Below the pieces are notes generated by a model, which was not told the DNA's origin, searched no databases, and saw only the letters and a list, made by a program, of their open reading frames with translations. A DNA stretch of 35,018 bases from an uncultured bacterium (GTDB lineage: Bacteria > Methylomirabilota > Methylomirabilia > Rokubacteriales > CSP1-6), in the NCBI GenBank assembly GCA_964450175.1, contig CAYVHH010000199.1, forward strand, positions 1 to 35,018, in the 5' to 3' direction. Of this stretch, positions 1 through 7,501 are shown in pieces. A program made the translations under genes and the position numbers. Every line of letters begins with the position of its first letter. Within the stretch, counting starts at the first letter, position 1.

Positions 1-709
1 CCAGCTGTGCCAGGACGCGTGCCTGCGTGGTGCGCGGAATCACGCACACGTCGAACACTCCGTCCGCGGGCGAGGCCGCCGGAGTCAGACTGAGGAAGCC
101 TCGGTAGGTCTCCACGTTCGCGATCGTGACCAGCCCGGCCCTGCCGGGGACCGCGTGCCCGTCGATCTCGACGTGGATCGCGTCCAGCGAGCCGTCGGCC
201 AGCTGCTTGGCCGCCGACCGGTAGTAGGCGAGGAGACGCAAGTACCGCTGGCGCGGCCGCTCGAGACGCTCGACGTCTTCCTGGATTCGCGTCAGGTAGC
301 CGTAGCTCTGGTGCGAGAGGAACAGCTCGCCTCTGACGACACCCACGTCAGCCCACACCAGATCACCCTGTCCGAGGAGCGCGACGACCTCGTCGGGGTC
401 ACTGGGATGCTCGAAGGTGCCCGTGAACAGGTTGCCGAAGCCTGAGGGCACCGGCACGAGCGGCACCGCGAGCCTCACGGCGGCCTCGGCGGCGGCGCTC
501 ACGGTCGCGTCGCCGCCGACCGCCACGAGATGCGAGAAGTTCCCGCGGCAGATCTTCGTCCACGCGACGAGATCGCCGAGCGTGCGAAAGGCCCGGAGCA
601 TCGCCGTGTAGCCTTCACGCTCGAGGCGCCGGCACACATCGCGCGCGATCGCCACCGCGCGGCCGGCGCCCGAGCCCGGCGTCACGACGATCTGAACGAG
701 TGTGGCCAT
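1..709 (-). CDS. Diacylglycerol/lipid kinase catalytic-domain protein (DAGK_cat, YegS/BmrU-like); the 3' end runs off the window
   Basis: Absent from the ORF track because there is no stop in the window. My minus-strand translation from ATG 709 reads MATLVQIVVTPGSGAGRAVAIARDVCRRLEREGY...HLVAVGGDATVSAAAEAAVRLAVPLVPVPSGFGNLF. This shows the N-terminal xPxSG loop and a GGDGT-like motif (GGDAT) typical of the DAGK_cat fold. GC3 is high in this frame. Confidence 0.7.
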   Translation of the reverse strand, partial: MATLVQIVVTPGSGAGRAVAIARDVCRRLEREGYTAMLRAFRTLGDLVAWTKICRGNFSHLVAVGGDATVSAAAEAAVRLAVPLVPVPSGFGNLFTGTFEHPSDPDEVVALLGQGDLVWADVGVVRGELFLSHQSYGYLTRIQEDVERLERPRQRYLRLLAYYRSAAKQLADGSLDAIHVEIDGHAVPGRAGLVTIANVETYRGFLSLTPAASPADGVFDVCVIPRTTQARVLAQL

Positions 710-749
710 CGGGCTGGCGCTCAGGCGCGAGAGCCGATCGCCGCGCCGA

Positions 750-1133
750 TCAACGGCGGCGCAGATCGCGGACGTAGACGTTCTGCGCCACGATGGAGTT
801 CGCGGAGATCTCCTCCGCGTAAATGACGGACGCGGTCACCTCGGGCGCCTTGATCTGGCCGCGCGTGTCACCGACCTTGACGTCCTTCGACTGATGGATC
901 TGGCCTTCGATGTTGTCGGCGTCGATCTTGTTGGCGTAGATCGTGTCGGCACGAATCTGCTGAGCCGTGATGTGGTCGGCATGAATCGTCTGCGACGACG
1001 CCGGAGCCGGATACGGAGGCGCCGGCGGGGGGCTGCCCTCGATCCTGATGTGATTGGCGCGGGCTGCGCCGATCGGCAGCGCGATGATCGCGAGCCCGGT
1101 CGCGACAGTGACAAGCAGTTCTCTGCGTCGCAT
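750..1133 (-). CDS. Small secreted protein with 5-residue periodic [IV]-x-A-x-x repeats
   Basis: ORF track 127 aa. The N-terminus MRRRELLVTVATGLAIIALPIGAARA looks like a signal peptide and is followed by a Pro-rich linker. Two repeat blocks follow: IHADH ITAQQ IRADT IYANK IDADN IEGQ, and VTASV IYAEE ISANS IVAQN. A 15-bp periodicity is visible in the DNA at 880-1000. Confidence 0.6.
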   Translation of the reverse strand: MRRRELLVTVATGLAIIALPIGAARANHIRIEGSPPPAPPYPAPASSQTIHADHITAQQIRADTIYANKIDADNIEGQIHQSKDVKVGDTRGQIKAPEVTASVIYAEEISANSIVAQNVYVRDLRRR

Positions 1134-1367
1134 CGTCGACCCCCTGGTGTGTGATGGTTGATCCGCTGTGATCTGACCTGAGGGAGCATCGGCCGTGCCA
1201 GTGGTCGACCGCTGCGAAGTGTCCGTCGTACTTGATCTGCGTCCGCCGAGCGAGCCGGCGGGTCGACGGCCTGGGGGGGAAGAACTACCGGGTTGTAGGG
1301 AAAACCTACAACGTGAAAAGAAGTACTGGCGAGCGTGAAAAAACTACAGGGTCACGGCGAGGCCGAG

Positions 1368-1949
1368 CTACTCGGCGAGCGCCCGAAAGGGCGGCGGCTG
1401 TCCCTCCCTCCAGCGGTCGGGCACGATGCCGAACGCCTCGATGAAGCGCTGCCATCCGCCCGCGAACGTGATGGTCATCCCGAGATCGATGATCTCGTCC
1501 TCCGAGAAATGCGCGCGCAGCTCCGCGTAGAACGTCGGATCGACGACCGGGTGCTCGGCGGAGAGCCGGTCCGCCAGACGGAGCGCGGCCTTCGTGCGGT
1601 CGGGCAGATCGGAACGCTCGTAGTCGGCGAGCTTCGAGACCAGATCCTCCGTCGCGCCTCGGCGCACCGCCGAGGAGGAACGCGCGAGGCTTCAGTGCAC
1701 GCACTGGTTGTTCCAGGCGAGCTTGACGCGGACGAGCTCGAACAGCTCGGGCTCGACGCTCGACCCACCGCCGTAGATGTAGCGAATGAATCCCCACGTG
1801 GCCTCGAGAAGGCCGGGCCGACGCGCCATCGTCAGGAAGAGATTATCGTCTTCGTAGGCGTTCCGGTACCACCGCCCGAGCATCTCCTGGAGCGACTCGC
1901 TCAGCTCCTCGCGCCGCGCCTTCGGAAGGAGACCACGCTCGTTGGCCAT
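1368..1949 (-). CDS. Carboxymuconolactone decarboxylase (CMD)/AhpD-like redox protein with an in-frame UGA (candidate selenocysteine) at 1692..1694
   Basis: ATG at 1949 lies 5 nt after AGGAGGA. ORFs 1692..2228 and 1368..1667 share a frame. The joined product reads ...LVRVKLAWNNQCVH[TGA]SLARSSSAVRRGATEDLVSKLADYERSDLPDRTKAALRLADRLSAEHP...FSEDEIIDLGMTITFAGGWQRFIEAFG. That matches the CMD/AhpD-core layout, with TGA at the second Cys of CxxC. Confidence 0.6.
1645..1691 (-). promoter_or_regulatory. Candidate bacterial SECIS stem-loop immediately downstream of the in-frame UGA
   Basis: The mRNA reads UGA A GCCUCGCGCG UUCCU CCUCGGCG GUG CGCCGAGG CGCGACGG AGGA. There is a perfect 8-bp upper stem (1657..1664 pairing with 1668..1675) and an apical loop GUG (1665..1667) starting 24 nt after the UGA. 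Additional lower-stem pairing is possible. Confidence 0.5.
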
Positions 1950-2046
1950 CAGGTCCTCCTGCGCTCTCGACTGGTCGTGCGCGCTGCAGGCCGTCGCGGG
2001 GCGGGGGCCCCGCCGGCCGAGGCGCGCCTCTCGATGATCGCGCCGC

Positions 2047-2409
2047 TCAACGTCGGGGAAGGAGGCGCGACGTCGCGTCGCGCTGGTCCGCCGACCGACC
2101 GGGATCGCGGCCGCGTCTGGAGCGCGCGTCGAGACGGGCGGCATGACGGTGGATGTCACGCAGCAAGAGCAGCACCTGGCCGCTGATCGCGAGCGATCCG
2201 CCGAGGACGATCGCGACCGCGACGCCACCGATCGCGGCCGGCGCGAGGCGCGATCGCCACTCGGCCGGCACCCGCGCGACGATCTCGGCCGGCCACGGCG
2301 AGAGCACGGCGAAGGCGGTCAGCGCGGCCGCAAAGATGATCAGGCAGCCTGCGACCATCTGCACGAGGGCCAGGATTCTCAGGACGCTGTACCGCCGAGC
2401 TCCTGCCAA
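2047..2409 (-). CDS. Small two-TM membrane protein (hypothetical)
   Basis: TTG at 2409 lies 6 nt after AGGAGG, and that SD overlaps the TAG stop of the upstream lipoprotein gene. Hydrophobic segments are LRILALVQMVAGCLIIFAAALTAFAVL and APAAIGGVAVAIVLGGSLAISGQVLLLL. GC3 is high in this frame. Confidence 0.6.
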   Translation of the reverse strand: MAGARRYSVLRILALVQMVAGCLIIFAAALTAFAVLSPWPAEIVARVPAEWRSRLAPAAIGGVAVAIVLGGSLAISGQVLLLLRDIHRHAARLDARSRRGRDPGRSADQRDATSRLLPRR

Positions 2410-2419
2410 TGCGTACCTC

Positions 2420-2839
2420 CTATCGCGACCGACAGACGACGCCGGCGGGCCGCGAAGCCTTCGGCTGCCGGCAGGCAACCTGCGTCGCCGCATCGTCGTG
2501 GGCGGCCTGCTGCGCGGCCGTGGGCGATGGCGGATTGTCGAATTCCGCCACCTCCTCCGGGCCTCTGAACTGGTCGGGCTCGGGCACTCCGACCTGGACG
2601 CGCTGCCATCCTCGGGCGCGCATGCAGGCGCGATACAATTGCTCCGGCTCGAAGCTGAGGCGAGGCGCCTTCGCCTCGGTGACGCACGCGGAGCTGTCCC
2701 GCTCGAAGTCCTGCACGTCCGACCCCTGACGTTGCCAGTAGTGCACCCCGCAGCCGACCGGAACAAACAGGGCAAGCGCGACCAGAATCGGCCGGCCGAT
2801 CAGGTGCCCGCGATGGTCCGGTCGAGTCCTGCCGCTCAT
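2420..2839 (-). CDS. Lipoprotein (hypothetical)
   Basis: ATG at 2839 gives MSGRTRPDHRGHLIGRPILVALALFVPVGC, which has a lipobox (VPVG-C). The mature part contains ...LYRACMRARGWQRV, a pattern common in small lipoproteins. Confidence 0.65.
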   Translation of the reverse strand: MSGRTRPDHRGHLIGRPILVALALFVPVGCGVHYWQRQGSDVQDFERDSSACVTEAKAPRLSFEPEQLYRACMRARGWQRVQVGVPEPDQFRGPEEVAEFDNPPSPTAAQQAAHDDAATQVACRQPKASRPAGVVCRSR

Positions 2840-2955
2840 CGTGCGCCCCCGCCTCGTCGGGATCGTGCACCGCAATGGTTCGACCCCCCGGCATTTTCGC
2901 TCAGACCCGGGCCCGAGTGCACGCTCGAGCTTGCGGCGACATATCATGGGGGGGC

Positions 2956-3495
2956 ATGCGCTGGGACGAGTCCCCGAGGTTTCTGCTGATCGCCAGCGTC
3001 GCGTCGGCTGCCCTCAGCGCCGCGCTGGGCTTGGCCGCCATCTGGGACCACCCGGGCTACAACGTGGCGGCTGCCGCGCTCGCCCTGCTCACCGCCCTCC
3101 TGGGGTATCGCGCGTACGAGCGCTCGACTCATCGGCGGCTGGGGCGCATCCAGCGCGAGCATCTCGTCCTCCGCCTGCGCCAGCTCCCGGCGCCGATCGA
3201 GTTTCGCGTGGTCGCGGTGCCCGACGACGAAGCGGTGCGCTTTGCCCAGGAGCTGCTCGATGTCTTCGTGGAAGCCGGCTGGCCCGCCCACGGCGTGTAC
3301 CGCGCGCTGCCCGCGAACGTCGCCAGCACCGGCCTCTTCGTCGCGGTACAGGACGGCAACTATCCGTCCGAGGAGGAGCGACGACTGCTCCTGACCCTCA
3401 GCGAGTTCGGGATGTACGCGGTGAAGTCCACGAGCCCCAAGCTCACTCATCCGAAGGCGATCGAGCTTCTGGTCGGGCATCGGCCGACCATGTAG
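2956..3495 (+). CDS. Membrane protein (hypothetical, two N-terminal TM helices)
   Basis: ATG at 2956 follows a G-rich SD. The product begins MRWDESPRFLLIASVASAALSAALGLAAIW...VAAAALALLTALLGYRAY, followed by a soluble domain. Codon bias is good. Confidence 0.6.
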   Translation: MRWDESPRFLLIASVASAALSAALGLAAIWDHPGYNVAAAALALLTALLGYRAYERSTHRRLGRIQREHLVLRLRQLPAPIEFRVVAVPDDEAVRFAQELLDVFVEAGWPAHGVYRALPANVASTGLFVAVQDGNYPSEEERRLLLTLSEFGMYAVKSTSPKLTHPKAIELLVGHRPTM

Positions 3496-3581
3496 GCGCG
3501 GTTGACCGTTCCATGCGGAGCGGCTAACGTGTGCGTATCGCGTTTCGTTCGGAACTTGCCCAACCTCACCTGGGGGCCGTC

Positions 3582-3968
3582 ATGGACGACGCCGCGGCGC
3601 TCGCCGGCAAGCGAATCCTCCTGCTCGAGGACGACACGGATTCGCGGGAATCGATGGTGATGCTGCTCGAGCTCGCCGGCGCCGAGGTCACCTCGACGCC
3701 GACCGCCGAGGACGCACTCGACGCGCTTCAGCGCACCGAGTTCGACGCGGTCGTGACCGACGTGGCGATGCCGGGTCATAGCGGCTTCTGGCTCGTCGGC
3801 CAGATCCGGCAGCTCGCGTCGAGGCCGACCGTGCCGGTCCTGGCCGTCACGGGGCAGCCCTTCCCGCGCGACGGCATGCTGCGCGCCGGGTTCGATGACC
3901 AGATGCTCAAGCCGGTCGCGCCCCGCGCGCTCTACGAGACGCTGACACAGCTGATGCGACGGGCCTGA
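3582..3968 (+). CDS. Stand-alone response regulator receiver (CheY-like) protein
   Basis: KRILLLEDD provides the acidic pocket, AVVTDVAMPG the phospho-acceptor Asp, VLAVTG the conserved T and MLKP the conserved K. There is no output domain. An alternative GTG start lies at 3531. Confidence 0.85.
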   Translation: MDDAAALAGKRILLLEDDTDSRESMVMLLELAGAEVTSTPTAEDALDALQRTEFDAVVTDVAMPGHSGFWLVGQIRQLASRPTVPVLAVTGQPFPRDGMLRAGFDDQMLKPVAPRALYETLTQLMRRA

Positions 3969-4055
3969 CGAGCCCGGCCGGCCGGGAAAACCCGACTCCA
4001 CGCTGAGGGGAATACCCGATCGTCCGGCGTGCGCGCCTCCGCGATAACGCTAGGC

Positions 4056-4322
4056 ATGGACTTCGGAGCGATCCGTCTGACGATCCGACGCAAGCTCGAG
4101 AACGGCCGTCTCCCAGTCGAACGAGCCGCGCGGGTCTGCGGCCGCTCGCCCGCCGGTGAAGCGTGTGACGGCTGCGACCTGACGATCGGAATCGGACAGC
4201 TGGCGATGGACGCCCTCGTCCCCAAGCCCGGAACGCGCGCCGTGCGGCTCCATCTGCGCTGCTTCGAGATCTGGACGCAGGAGCGCTATTCGCTGCTGCG
4301 AGAGCGGCAGCAACCCGCGTAA
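4056..4322 (+). CDS. Small Cys/His-containing hypothetical protein (possible zinc-binding)
   Basis: MDFGAIRLTIRRKLENGRLP...GEACDGCDLTI...RLHLRCFEIWTQER. It contains a CxxC followed by an HxxC pattern. Codon bias is consistent with coding. The family was not recognised. Confidence 0.5.
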   Translation: MDFGAIRLTIRRKLENGRLPVERAARVCGRSPAGEACDGCDLTIGIGQLAMDALVPKPGTRAVRLHLRCFEIWTQERYSLLRERQQPA

Positions 4323-4335
4323 CCGCCGACTCGCC

Positions 4336-6129
4336 TCAGCTTTCCGTTCGGTGCTCGGCGGGCCCGCCGCGGCGAGAGAGATTGCGCGCGGTATTGATCA
4401 GGCCGACGTGGGAGAACGCCTGGGGAAAGTTGCCCAGAAGCCGGCGCTCGTCCGGATCGTATTCCTCGGACAAGAGGCCTACGTCGTTACGAATGTCCAG
4501 GAGGCGCTGGAAGAGCGCGCGTGCCTCGACCTGCCGGCCTTGCAGCGCCAGATTGTCGGCGAGCCAGAACGTGCACGGCAGAAAGGCCCCTTCGCCCGGC
4601 GGCAGTCCGTCGAGCTCCGGCGTCGTCTGGTAGCGCGCCACCAGCCCGTCGCTCATGAGGTGCTTCTGGACGGCTTCGACGGTGCCGAGCATGCGAGGAT
4701 CCGTCGCCGGCAGGAATCCGACGAGCGGAATCATCAGAAGGCTCGCGTCGAGCAGCTTCGACCCGTAGTACTGCACGAAGGCGCCGACCTCGCGGTCGAA
4801 CCCGTTGCGGCACACGTCGTCGTGAATCGCGGCGCGAACGCCTCGCCAGCGCTCGACCGGTCCCTCGAGCCCGAAGCGCTCGACCGCCTTCACGGCGCGA
4901 TCGAGTGCGACCCATGCCATCACCTTCGAGTGCGTGAACGGACGGCGGGGGCCTCGAACCTCCCAGATGCCTTCGTCGGGCTTCTGCCATACGGATTCGA
5001 CGAACTCGACCAGATTGCCCTCGACGCGCCAGGCGTCATCGTCGGCTTCGAGCCCGAGCCGCCGAGCATAGTGCAGCGCGTCCACGACCTCGCCGAGGAC
5101 ATCGAGCTGAAACTGACTCGTCGCCGCATTCCCGACGCGGGCCGGGACGCTGCCCTCATATCCGGGAAGCCATGAAACGTTCCACTCGGGCACGAGCCGC
5201 TCGCCGGCCACGCCGTAGAGAATCTGTGCCTGCGACGGGTCGCCGGCGATCGCGCGGAGAAGCCACGCGCGCCAGGCGCGCGCCTCGTCCACGTAGCCTC
5301 CCGTCATCAGCGCGTAGAGCGCGAACGTCGCGTCCCTGAGCCAGCAATAGCGATAGTTCCAGTTCCGTATCCCGCCAAGCTTCTCCGGGATCGACGTCGT
5401 CGCGGCGGCCACGAGACCGCCGGTGGGCGCGTACGTCAGCGCCTTGAGCGTGATGAGCGAGCGCACGACGGCCTCGCGCCACTCGCCGTCGTAGCTGCAT
5501 CGCTGGGCCCACTCTCGCCACCACCGCTCCGTCGCCTCGATCGCGGCCTCCGGTTCCACCGCGGGCGCCTCAGGTCCACACGATGGAGACCAGGAGAGCG
5601 TGAACGGGACGCGCTGTCCGGCCGCGACGGTGAATTCCGACACGGTGTGAAAGCGCTCGCCCCGGAGCGCGACCGGCGCGCGAAGGCGGAGCGCGCTTGC
5701 TCCCCCGATCGCCCGGATGCCGTCGGAGGTGCGGCGCACCCATGGCACCAGCGATCCGTAGTCGAGGCGAACGACCAGATCGAGGCTCATCGGAACCCGG
5801 CCGCGTTTGCCTTCGACGATCCGGACGACGGTGGGCGTCTCGGTCCGGAGCGGCATGCAGTCGATCAGTGTGACCGCGCCGGTCTCGGTCTCGTAGTCGG
5901 TCTCGAGCACGAGCGTCCCCTGCCGATATCGCCGCCGGACGGCGCGGATCTCGGTCGACGCCGGCGCGATCCGCCATCGTCCGTGCTCGGGGGTGCCGAG
6001 GAGGGCGGCGAAGCACGCGGGCGAGTCGAAGCGCGGCACGCACAGCCAGTCGATCGACCCGTCGCGGGCGACCAGGGCCGCGGTCTCGCAATCGCCGATC
6101 AGCGCGTAGTCCTCGATCCGCGCGGCCAT
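4336..6129 (-). CDS. Glycoside hydrolase family 15 (glucoamylase/trehalase-like)
   Basis: 597 aa. The N-terminus IEDYALIGDCETAALVARDGSIDWLCVPRFDSPACFAALLG and the catalytic-domain motif NYRYCWLRDATFALYAL are GH15 hallmarks. Confidence 0.9.
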   Translation of the reverse strand: MAARIEDYALIGDCETAALVARDGSIDWLCVPRFDSPACFAALLGTPEHGRWRIAPASTEIRAVRRRYRQGTLVLETDYETETGAVTLIDCMPLRTETPTVVRIVEGKRGRVPMSLDLVVRLDYGSLVPWVRRTSDGIRAIGGASALRLRAPVALRGERFHTVSEFTVAAGQRVPFTLSWSPSCGPEAPAVEPEAAIEATERWWREWAQRCSYDGEWREAVVRSLITLKALTYAPTGGLVAAATTSIPEKLGGIRNWNYRYCWLRDATFALYALMTGGYVDEARAWRAWLLRAIAGDPSQAQILYGVAGERLVPEWNVSWLPGYEGSVPARVGNAATSQFQLDVLGEVVDALHYARRLGLEADDDAWRVEGNLVEFVESVWQKPDEGIWEVRGPRRPFTHSKVMAWVALDRAVKAVERFGLEGPVERWRGVRAAIHDDVCRNGFDREVGAFVQYYGSKLLDASLLMIPLVGFLPATDPRMLGTVEAVQKHLMSDGLVARYQTTPELDGLPPGEGAFLPCTFWLADNLALQGRQVEARALFQRLLDIRNDVGLLSEEYDPDERRLLGNFPQAFSHVGLINTARNLSRRGGPAEHRTES

Positions 6130-6134
6130 GACGG

Positions 6135-6905
6135 CTAGTCGGTGTGGCGCCGCGCGCGCGCGGCCGCCGCGTCGGCCTCCCGCTGGGCATTGCGGAGCTC
6201 ACGCCGCGCGTCCGCCAGCTGCCGCTCGAGCTTGCCGACCTCCTCGGCGGCGCGTTCAGCTGCCGCCGCGCGCTGCTCGGCCTCGCGCCGGTGCGCCTCG
6301 GCTTCCTGGGCACGGCGCGCGCGCGTGGCCGCTTCTTCGGCGCGCTTGGCCTCGGCCTGGTCGCGTGGACGGTCCGCGCTCTTTCCGCCGCGCAGCAGCT
6401 GGAGCTTTCGACCAGGCTCCACGCCCGCGAGGACTTCGAACCCCGGCGCCGCCAGCTCTTCGGCGAGCCGACCGTGCCGCAGATGCTCGACCAGATCGGC
6501 ATCGACCGCGGCACCGAGCACCGTATTCGAGATGCGAGCCGCGCCCGGGCCCGGGACGCGATAGCCGGCCTCCGCCAGCACCTCGGTCGCGCGAGTCGTC
6601 AGCGCCTGGAGCTCGGCACGGATGGTCTGCAGGCCGGCGGCGGCGGTTCGCGGATCCCGCAGCTGACTCTGGCGCACCCGGCGCACGAGGTCGACGAAGT
6701 GGGCGACCCGCTCGGGGTCCTGCCGCGCGAGCTGATTCGTCGCCCACAAGAACGGCGACGGCTTGGCGAGTCGGCGAACGGCTTGCGCGTCGGCGTCGCG
6801 TCCCGCGGCTTTCAACGCGGCCGCCTTCGCGTTGCGGGCGCTCGAGAAATCCTTGGGCGGCACGCCGTACAGCTCGTCGATCGCGCGGGCGACGTCGGAG
6901 GTCAC
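6135..6905 (-). CDS. Hypothetical protein with a C-terminal Ala/Glu/Arg-rich coiled-coil tail
   Basis: The coding-like frame reads VTSDVARAIDELYGVPPKDFSSARNAKAAALKAAGRDADAQAVRRLAKPSPFLWATNQLAR.... GTG 6905 is chosen because the ATG at 7004 lies inside an intrinsic terminator hairpin. The stop is 5 nt before the GH15 start. Confidence 0.6.
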   Translation of the reverse strand: MTSDVARAIDELYGVPPKDFSSARNAKAAALKAAGRDADAQAVRRLAKPSPFLWATNQLARQDPERVAHFVDLVRRVRQSQLRDPRTAAAGLQTIRAELQALTTRATEVLAEAGYRVPGPGAARISNTVLGAAVDADLVEHLRHGRLAEELAAPGFEVLAGVEPGRKLQLLRGGKSADRPRDQAEAKRAEEAATRARRAQEAEAHRREAEQRAAAAERAAEEVGKLERQLADARRELRNAQREADAAAARARRHTD

Positions 6906-6962
6906 GACCCAAGCGTACCGCGTCTCGATGACGGGCGTCCGGGCGAGCGCGACATGGGGTGG

Positions 6963-7002
6963 GGACGAAAACGAAATGGGCCGGGAAGCGCGTCCCCGGC
7001 CC
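6963..7002 (-). terminator. Rho-independent terminator of the tRNA-Val/small-protein unit
   Basis: The minus-strand RNA reads GGGCCGGG GACGCGCUU CCCGGCCC AUUUCGUUUUCG. This is an 8-bp GC stem (6978..6985 pairing with 6995..7002) followed directly by a U-rich tail. Confidence 0.7.
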
Positions 7003-7046
7003 ATGATCGCAGGCTGCTCGACGAAGTCGAGCGACGGGTCCCTGGG

Positions 7047-7256
7047 CTACAGGCCCATCGCGGCCCGAACCACGGCCTTCTTCATCTTGAGCGCCATACG
7101 CTCCGCCTTGTGGGGCGACGCCGAATGGTTCGACGCGTGGATCGCCCGGCGGCTGGCCCTGACGGCGCGACGGATCGACTGATCCATCTGCTTCTTCCAC
7201 CGAGAGACGTGGTTGCCGGCACTGGCCCTGTCGAGTTTGACGACCAACTTGTGCAT
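7047..7256 (-). CDS. Small basic protein (69 aa, hypothetical)
   Basis: ATG at 7256 is preceded by a strong SD (AAGGAGGAGCACA-ATG). The product is MHKLVVKLDRASAGNHVSRWKKQMDQSIRRAVRASRRAIHASNHSASPHKAERMALKMKKAVVRAAMGL. A canonical terminator follows the gene. No family was recognised. Confidence 0.6.
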   Translation of the reverse strand: MHKLVVKLDRASAGNHVSRWKKQMDQSIRRAVRASRRAIHASNHSASPHKAERMALKMKKAVVRAAMGL

Positions 7257-7353
7257 TGTGCTCCTCCTTATTTCCAACCTCTCACGGCATCGATGAAATT
7301 CGGAAGGGATTCAGAAACGAGAATTACCAATGAATTCGCGCAGTTTATTTTTC

Positions 7354-7429
7354 TGGTAGGCGGACCAGGGATCGAACCTGGGACCTCGGCCTTGTAAGGG
7401 CCGCGCTCTTCCAACTGAGCTATCCGCCC
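7354..7429 (-). tRNA. tRNA-Val (anticodon UAC), CCA encoded
   Basis: The reverse complement is GGGCGGATAGCTCAGTTGGAAGAGCGCGGCCCTTACAAGGCCGAGGTCCCAGGTTCGATCCCTGGTCCGCCTACCA, 76 nt. It has the D-loop AGCTCAGTTGG, anticodon loop CUUACAA, T-arm GGTTCGATCC, acceptor pairing, discriminator A and 3' CCA. Confidence 0.95.
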
Positions 7430-7501
7430 GGGCGTGAGCGAGCGCTGAAGCGGGACGTCCGCCATCCTAACATTGCCCGGCGCGAGCAAGCTCAGCACGA
7501 T

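Noticed and set aside
880-1000. 15-bp periodic tandem pattern, considered as a DNA repeat or CRISPR-like array
   Set aside because: The periodicity is degenerate and lies inside a coding frame. It simply encodes the 5-residue protein repeat. No spacer/repeat architecture exists anywhere in the window.
1292-1312. Palindrome GTTGTAGG-GAAAA-CCTACAAC downstream of the CMD gene, considered as an intrinsic terminator
   Set aside because: The 8-bp stem is real, but on the transcribed (minus) strand it is followed by CCGGUAGUUCUUCC rather than a U-tract. The evidence is insufficient to call it.
1692-2228. Reading the CMD-like locus as a truncated pseudogene or as two separate genes (178 aa and 99 aa)
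   Set aside because: The 93 codons upstream of ATG 1949 are junk-like. The two halves are in frame, and each alone would be an incomplete CMD domain. The stop falls exactly on the redox Cys and is followed by a hairpin. Selenocysteine recoding explains this better, but pseudogenisation remains the fallback if no Sec machinery exists.
3973-3986. Palindrome CCCGGCCGGCCGGG after the REC-only gene, considered as a terminator
   Set aside because: It has no loop and no downstream T-tract on the plus strand, where it is followed by AAAACCC. It is probably just a GC palindrome.
7257-7500. Genomic island integrated at tRNA-Val
   Set aside because: There is no integrase, no visible direct repeat of the tRNA 3' end, and the flanking genes look native in GC content and codon usage. 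Only a short AT-rich stretch and one small ORF are present.
7430-7500. Promoter for tRNA-Val (TTGCTC ... TAGGAT)
   Set aside because: The spacer between the best -35-like and -10-like hexamers is only 14-15 nt by my count, which is not convincing enough to annotate.
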